Source of the DNA: the human T2T-CHM13v2.0 reference genome, Homo sapiens
Assembly (NCBI RefSeq): GCF_009914755.1
Contig: NC_060925.1
Length of the DNA stretch: 64,000 nt
Strand: one strand, 5' to 3'
Part shown: piece after piece, positions 58,501 through 64,000 of the stretch
How the letters are laid out: each line of letters opens with the position of its first letter
Position numbering within the stretch: position 1 is the first letter of the stretch
Notes under the pieces: model-generated
The model's input: the letters and a program-made list of their open reading frames with translations, nothing else
Told to the model about the DNA's origin: nothing
The model's database searches: none
Program-made: the position numbers and the translations under genes

Positions 58501-61500
58501 GAATGGAATTGAATGGAATCATCGAATGGTCTCGATTGGAATCATTATCAAATGGAATCGAATGGAATCACCGAATAGAATCGAATGGAACAATCATCGA
58601 ATGGACTCAAATGGAATTATCCTCCAATGGAATCGAATGGAATTATCAAATGCAATCGAATGGAATTATCGAATGCAATCGAATAGAATCATCGAATGGA
58701 CTCGAATGGAATCATCGAATGGAATGGAATGGAACAGTCAATGAACTCGAATGGAATCATCATTGAATGGAATCGAATGGAATCATCGAGTGGAATCGAA
58801 TGGAATTATGATCAAATGGAATCGAATGTTATCATCATCAAATGGAATCAAAAATAAACATCATCAATTGGTATTGAATGGAATTGTCATCAAATGGAAT
58901 TCAAAGGAATCATCATCAAATGGAACCGAATGGAATCCTCATTGAATGGAAATGAAAGGGGTCATCATCTCATGGAATCGCATGGAATCATCATCAAATG
59001 GAATCGAATGGAATCATCATCAAATGGAATCTAATGGAATCATTGAACAGAATTGAATGGAATCGTCATCGAATGAATTGAATGCAATCATCGAATGGTC
59101 TCGAATGGAATCATCTTCTAATGGAAAGGAATGGAATCATCGCATAGAATCGAATGGAATTATCATCGAATGGAATCGAATGGTATCAACACCAAACGGA
59201 AAAAAAACGGAATTATCGAATGGAATCGAAGAGAATCTTCGAACGGACCCGAATGGAATCATCTAATGGAATGGAATGGAATAATCCATGAACTCGAATG
59301 CAATCATCATCGAATGGAATCGAATGGAATCATCGAATGGACTCGAATGGAATAATCATTGAACGGAATCGAATGGAATCATCATCGGATGGAAACGAAT
59401 GGAATCATCATCGAATGGAAATGAAAGGAGTCATCATCTAATGGAATTGCATGGAATCATCATAAAATGGAATCGAATGGAATCAACATCAAATGGAATC
59501 AAATGGAATCATTGAACGGAATTGAATGGAATCGTCATCGAATGAATTGACTGCAATCATCCAATGGTCTCGAATGGAATCATCTTCAAATGGAATGGAA
59601 TGGAATCATCGCATAGAATCGAATGGAATTATCATCGAATGGAATCGAATGGAATCAACATCAAACGGAAAAAAACGGAATTATCGAATGGAATCGAAGA
59701 GAATCATCGAATGGACCCGAATGGAATCATCTAATGGAATGGAATGGAATAATCCATGGACTCGAATGCAATCATCATCGAATGGAATCGAATGGAATCA
59801 TCGAATGGACTCGAATGGAATAATCATTGAACGGAATCGAATGGAATCATCATCGGATGGATATGAATGGAATCATCATCGAATGGAATCGAATAGAATT
59901 ATGGAATGAAATCCAGTGTGATCATCATCGAATGGACCCGAATGGAATCATCATCCAACGGAAGCTAATGGAATCAACATCGAATGAATCAAATGGAAAC
60001 ACCATCGAATTGAAACGAATGGAATTATCATGAAATTGAAATGGATGGACTCATCATCGAATGGATTCGAATGGAATCATCGAATAAAATTGATTGAAAT
60101 CATCATCCAATGGAATCGAATGGTATCAGTGAATGGAATCGAATGGAATCATCATCACATGGAAATGAATGGAATCGTCATAGAATGGAATCGAATGGAT
60201 TCATTGAATGGAATCAGATGGAATCATCGAATGGACTGGAATGGAATCATTGAATGGACTCGAAAGGGATCATTATTGAATGGAATTGAATGGAATCATC
60301 GAATGGTCTCGATTGGAATCATTATCAAATGGAATCGAATGGAATCACCGAATAGAATCGAATGGAACAATCATCGAATGGACTCAAATGGAATTATCCT
60401 CCAATGGAATCGAATGGAATTATCGAATGCAATCGAATGGAATTATCGAATGCAATCGAATAGAATCATCGAATGGACTCGAATGGAATCATCGAATGGA
60501 ATGGAATGGAACAGTCAATGAACTCGAATGGAATCATCATTGAATGGAATCGAATGGAATCATCGAGTGGAATCGAATGGAATTATGATCAAATGGAATC
60601 GAATGTAATCATCATCAAATGGAATCAAAAATAACCATCATCAATTGGTATTGAATGGAATTGTCATCAAATGGAATTCAAAGGAATCATCATCAAATGG
60701 AACCGAATGGAATCCTCATTGAATGGAAATGAAAGGGGTCATCATCTAATGGAATCGCATGGAATCATCATCAAATGGAATCGAATGGAATCATCATCAA
60801 ATGGAATCTAATGGAATCATTGAACAGAATTGAATGGAATCGTCATCGAATGAATTGAATGCAATCATCGAATGGTCTCGAATGGAATCATCTTCTAATG
60901 GAAAGGAATGGAATCATCGCATAGAATCGAATGGAATTATCATCGAATGGAATCGAATGGTATCAACACCAAACGGAAAAAAACGGAATTATCGAATGGA
61001 ATCGAAGAGAATCTTCGAACGGACCCGAATGGAATCATCTAATGGAATGGAATGGAATAATCCATGGACTCGAATGCAATCATCATCGAATGGAATCGAA
61101 TGGAATCATCGAATGGACTCGAATGGAATAATCATTGAACGGAATCGAATGGAATCATCATCGGATGGAAACGAATGGAATCATCATCGAATGGAAATGA
61201 AAGGAGTCATCATCTAATGGAATTGCATGGAATCATCATAAAATGGAATCGAATGGAATCAACATCAAATGGAATCAAATGGAATCATTGAACGGAATTG
61301 AATGGAATCGTCATCGAATGAATTGAATGCAATCATCGAATGGTCTCGAATGGAATCATCTTCAAATGGAATGGAATGGAATCATCGCATAGAATCGAAT
61401 GGAATTATCATCGAATGGAATCGAATGGAATCAACATCAAACGGAAAAAAACGGAATTATCGAATGGAATCGAAGAGAATCATCGAATGGACCCGAATGG

Positions 61501-64000
61501 AATCATCTAATGGAATGGAATGGAATAATCCATGGACTCGAATGCAATCATCATCCAATGGAATCGAATGGAATCATCGAATGGACTCGAATGGAATAAT
61601 CATTGAACGGAATCGAATGGAATCATCATCGGATGGAAATGAATGGAATCATCATCGAATGGAATCGAATAGAATTATGGAATGAAATCCAGTGTGATCA
61701 TCATCGAATGGACCCGAATGGAATCATCATCCAACGGAAGCTAATGGAATCAACATCGAATGAATCGAATGGAAACACCATCGAATTGAAACGAATGGAA
61801 TTATCATGAAATTGAAATGGATGGACTCATCATCGAATGGATTCGAATGGAATCATCGAATAAAATTGATTGAAATCATCATCCAATGGAATCGAATGGT
61901 ATCATTGAATGGAATCGAATGGAATCATCATCAGATGGAAATGAATGGAATCGTCATAGAATGGAATCGAATGGATTCATTGAATGGAATCAGATGGAAT
62001 CATCGAATGGACTGGAATGTAATCATTGAATGGACTCGAAAGGGATCATTATTGAATGGAATTGAATGGAATCATCGAATGGTCTCGATTGGAATCATTA
62101 TCAAATGGAATCGAATGGAATCACCGAATAGAATCGAATGGAACAATCATCGAATGGACTCAAATGGAATTATCCTCCAATGGAATCGAATGGAATTATC
62201 GAATGCAATCGAATGGAATTATCGAATGCAATCGAATAGAATCATCGAATGGACTCGAATGGAATCATCAAATGGAATGGAATGGAACAGTCAATGAACT
62301 CGAATGGAATCATCATTGAATGGAATCGAATGGAATCATCGAGTGGAATCGAATGGAATTATGATCAAATGGAATCGAATGTAATCATCATCAAATGGAA
62401 TCAAAAATAACCATCATCAATTGGTATTGAAAGGAATTGTCATCAAATGGAATTCAAAGGAATCATCATCAAATGGAACCGAATGGAATCCTCATTGAAT
62501 GGAAATGAAAGGGGTCATCATCTAATGGAATCGCATGGAATCATCATCAAATGGAATCGAATGGAATCATCATCAAATGGAATCTAATGGAATCATTGAA
62601 CAGAATTGAATGGAATCGTCATCGAATGAATTGAATGCAATCATCGAATGGTCTCGAATGGAATCATCTTCTAATGGAAAGGAATGGAATCATCGCATAG
62701 AATCGAATGGAATTATCATCGAATGGAATCGAATGGTATCAACACCAAACGGAAAAAAACGGAATTATCGAATGGAATCGAAGAGAATCTTCGAACGGAC
62801 CCGAATGGAATCATCTAATGGAATGGAATGGAATAATCCATGGACTCGAATGCAATCATCATCGTATGGAATCGAATGGAATCATCGAATGGACTCGAAT
62901 GGAATAATCATTGAACGGAATCGAATGGAATCATCATCGGATGGAAACGAATGGAATCATCATCGAATGGAAATGAAAGGAGTCATCACCTAATGGAATT
63001 GCATGGAATCATCATAAAATGGAATCGAATGGAATCAACATCAAATGGAATCAAATGGAATCATTGAACGGAATTGAATGGAATCGTCATCGAATGAATT
63101 GAATGCAATCATCGAATGGTCTCGAATGGAATCATCTTCAAATGGAATGGAATGGAATCATCGCATAGAATCGAATGGAATTATCATCGAATGGAATCGA
63201 ATGGAATCAACATCAAACGGAAAAAAACGGAATTATCGAATGGAATCGAAGAGAATCATCGAATGGACCCGAATGGAATCATCTAATGGAATGGAATGGA
63301 ATAATCCATGGACTCGAATGCAATCATCATCGAATGGAATCGAATGGAATCATCGAATGGACTCGAATGGAATAATCATTGAACGGAATCGAATGGAATC
63401 ATCATCGGATGGAAATGAATGGAATCATCATCGAATGGAATCGAATAGAATTATGGAATGAAATCCAGTGTGATCATCATCGAATGGACCCGAATGGAAT
63501 CATCATCCAACGGAAGCTAATGGAATCAACATCGAATGAATCAAATGGAAACACCACCGAATTGAAACGAATGGAATTACCATGAAATTGAAATGGATGG
63601 ACTCATCATCGAATGGATTCGAATGGAATCATCGAATAAAATTGATTGAAATCATCATCGAATGGAATCGAATGGTATCATTGAATGGAATCGAATGGAA
63701 TCATCATCAGATGGAAATGAATGGAATCGTCATAGAATGGAATCGAATGGATTCATTGAATGGAATCAGATGGAATCATCGAATGGACTGGAATGGAATC
63801 ATTGAATGGACTCGAAAGGGATCATGATTGAATGGAATTGAATGGAATCATCGAATGGTCTCGATTGGAATCATTATCAAATGGAATCGAATGGAATCAC
63901 CGAATAGAATCGAATGGAACAATCATCGAATGGACTCAAATGGAATTATCCTCCAATGGAATCGAATGGAATTATCAAATGCAATCGAATGGAATTATCG
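55505..64000 (+). repeat. SNP-defined three-unit (5329-bp) periodicity, second copy cut by the window end
   Basis: Unit 55505 resembles 60834 (CATCCAATGG, CATCAAATGGAATGG, TTGAAAGGAATTG) and 57281 resembles 62610 (CATCACCTAA, ACCACCG, TTACCATG); both offsets are 5329. Confidence 0.72.

Larger units (their letters stand above)
1..64000 (+). repeat. Human Satellite II (HSat2) pericentromeric tandem array, GAATG strand on +
   Basis: Entire window consists of diverged GGAAT/CGAAT pentamers in 23/26-bp motifs such as ATCATCGAATGGAATCGAATGGAATC, with dense TCGA (TaqI) and GANTC (HinfI) sites. ATCATC spacers and abundant CpG distinguish HSat2 from HSat3 (established). Single orientation throughout. 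Confidence 0.97.
480..64000 (+). repeat. 1776-bp repeat unit, consistent with chr1q12 1.77-kb HSat2 (pUC1.77/D1Z1, HSat2A2-type)
   Basis: Anchor after AACAGAATTG recurs at 480, 2256, 4032, 5095, 6871, 8647, 9684, 11460, 12523, 14299, 15362, 17138, 18201, 19977, 21754 and then every 1776/1777 bp to 62610 (38 starts). One GAATTC per unit (320, 2096, 3872...). The period is seen directly; the chr1 assignment rests on the known 1.77-kb EcoRI repeat. Confidence 0.88.

Noticed and set aside
174-63827. Hundreds of + strand ORFs of 61-163 aa (MESSSNELNAIIEW..., MKLKWMDSSSNG...)
   Set aside because: They are translations of GGAAT/CGAAT repeats (MEWN, GIEW, HRME). They overlap in several frames, have no recognisable domain, and gain or lose stops and frameshifts freely between copies. 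No support for coding function.
1-64000. Absence of minus-strand ORFs; 468 and 1776 both divisible by 3
   Set aside because: Frequent TCA on + gives dense TGA stops on the minus strand. Units of 1063, 1037 and 1777 bp break frame and still amplified, so there is no sign of frame selection.
1-64000. CRISPR-like repeat/spacer array or prokaryotic system
   Set aside because: There are no unique spacers, leader or cas-like ORFs; all sequence derives from the satellite motif.
1-64000. HSat3, alpha satellite, CENP-B boxes or telomeric repeats
   Set aside because: Pure GGAAT runs are at most about 3 copies, and ATCATC/CGAAT motifs dominate. I saw no 171-bp monomer, CENP-B box or TTAGGG tract.
1-64000. 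Transposon insertion or inversion breakpoint
   Set aside because: Every anchor spacing is accounted for by 1776, 1777, 1063 or 1037 bp. No CATTC-oriented block, long poly(A) tail or non-satellite sequence was seen.

Overview
The whole 64 kb window is one uninterrupted tandem satellite array with the GAATG-rich strand on +. It is built from GGAAT/CGAAT pentamers and ATCATC spacers, which is the human Satellite II (HSat2) pattern. The dominant unit is 1776 bp with one EcoRI site per unit. This matches the classic 1.77-kb chromosome 1q12 repeat (pUC1.77/D1Z1, HSat2A2-type); the chromosome assignment comes from prior knowledge, not a search. I count 38 unit starts between 480 and 62610. I see no genes, RNA genes, transposons, CRISPR arrays or inversions, and the ORF track is an artefact of the repeat. 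I found no new gene-encoded biological system. What is worth following up is array evolution. Each unit carries an internal 468-bp duplication. Five units share a 713-bp deletion, and four of them form a local 2839/5678-bp higher-order repeat. Two units carry a ~9% divergent patch. SNP-defined higher-order periods of 3552, 3553, 5329 and 7106 bp occur on the right side, along with several chimeric or converted units and an apparent excess of G>C changes, many at TCGA. All variant positions and counts were read by eye and need confirmation by alignment.
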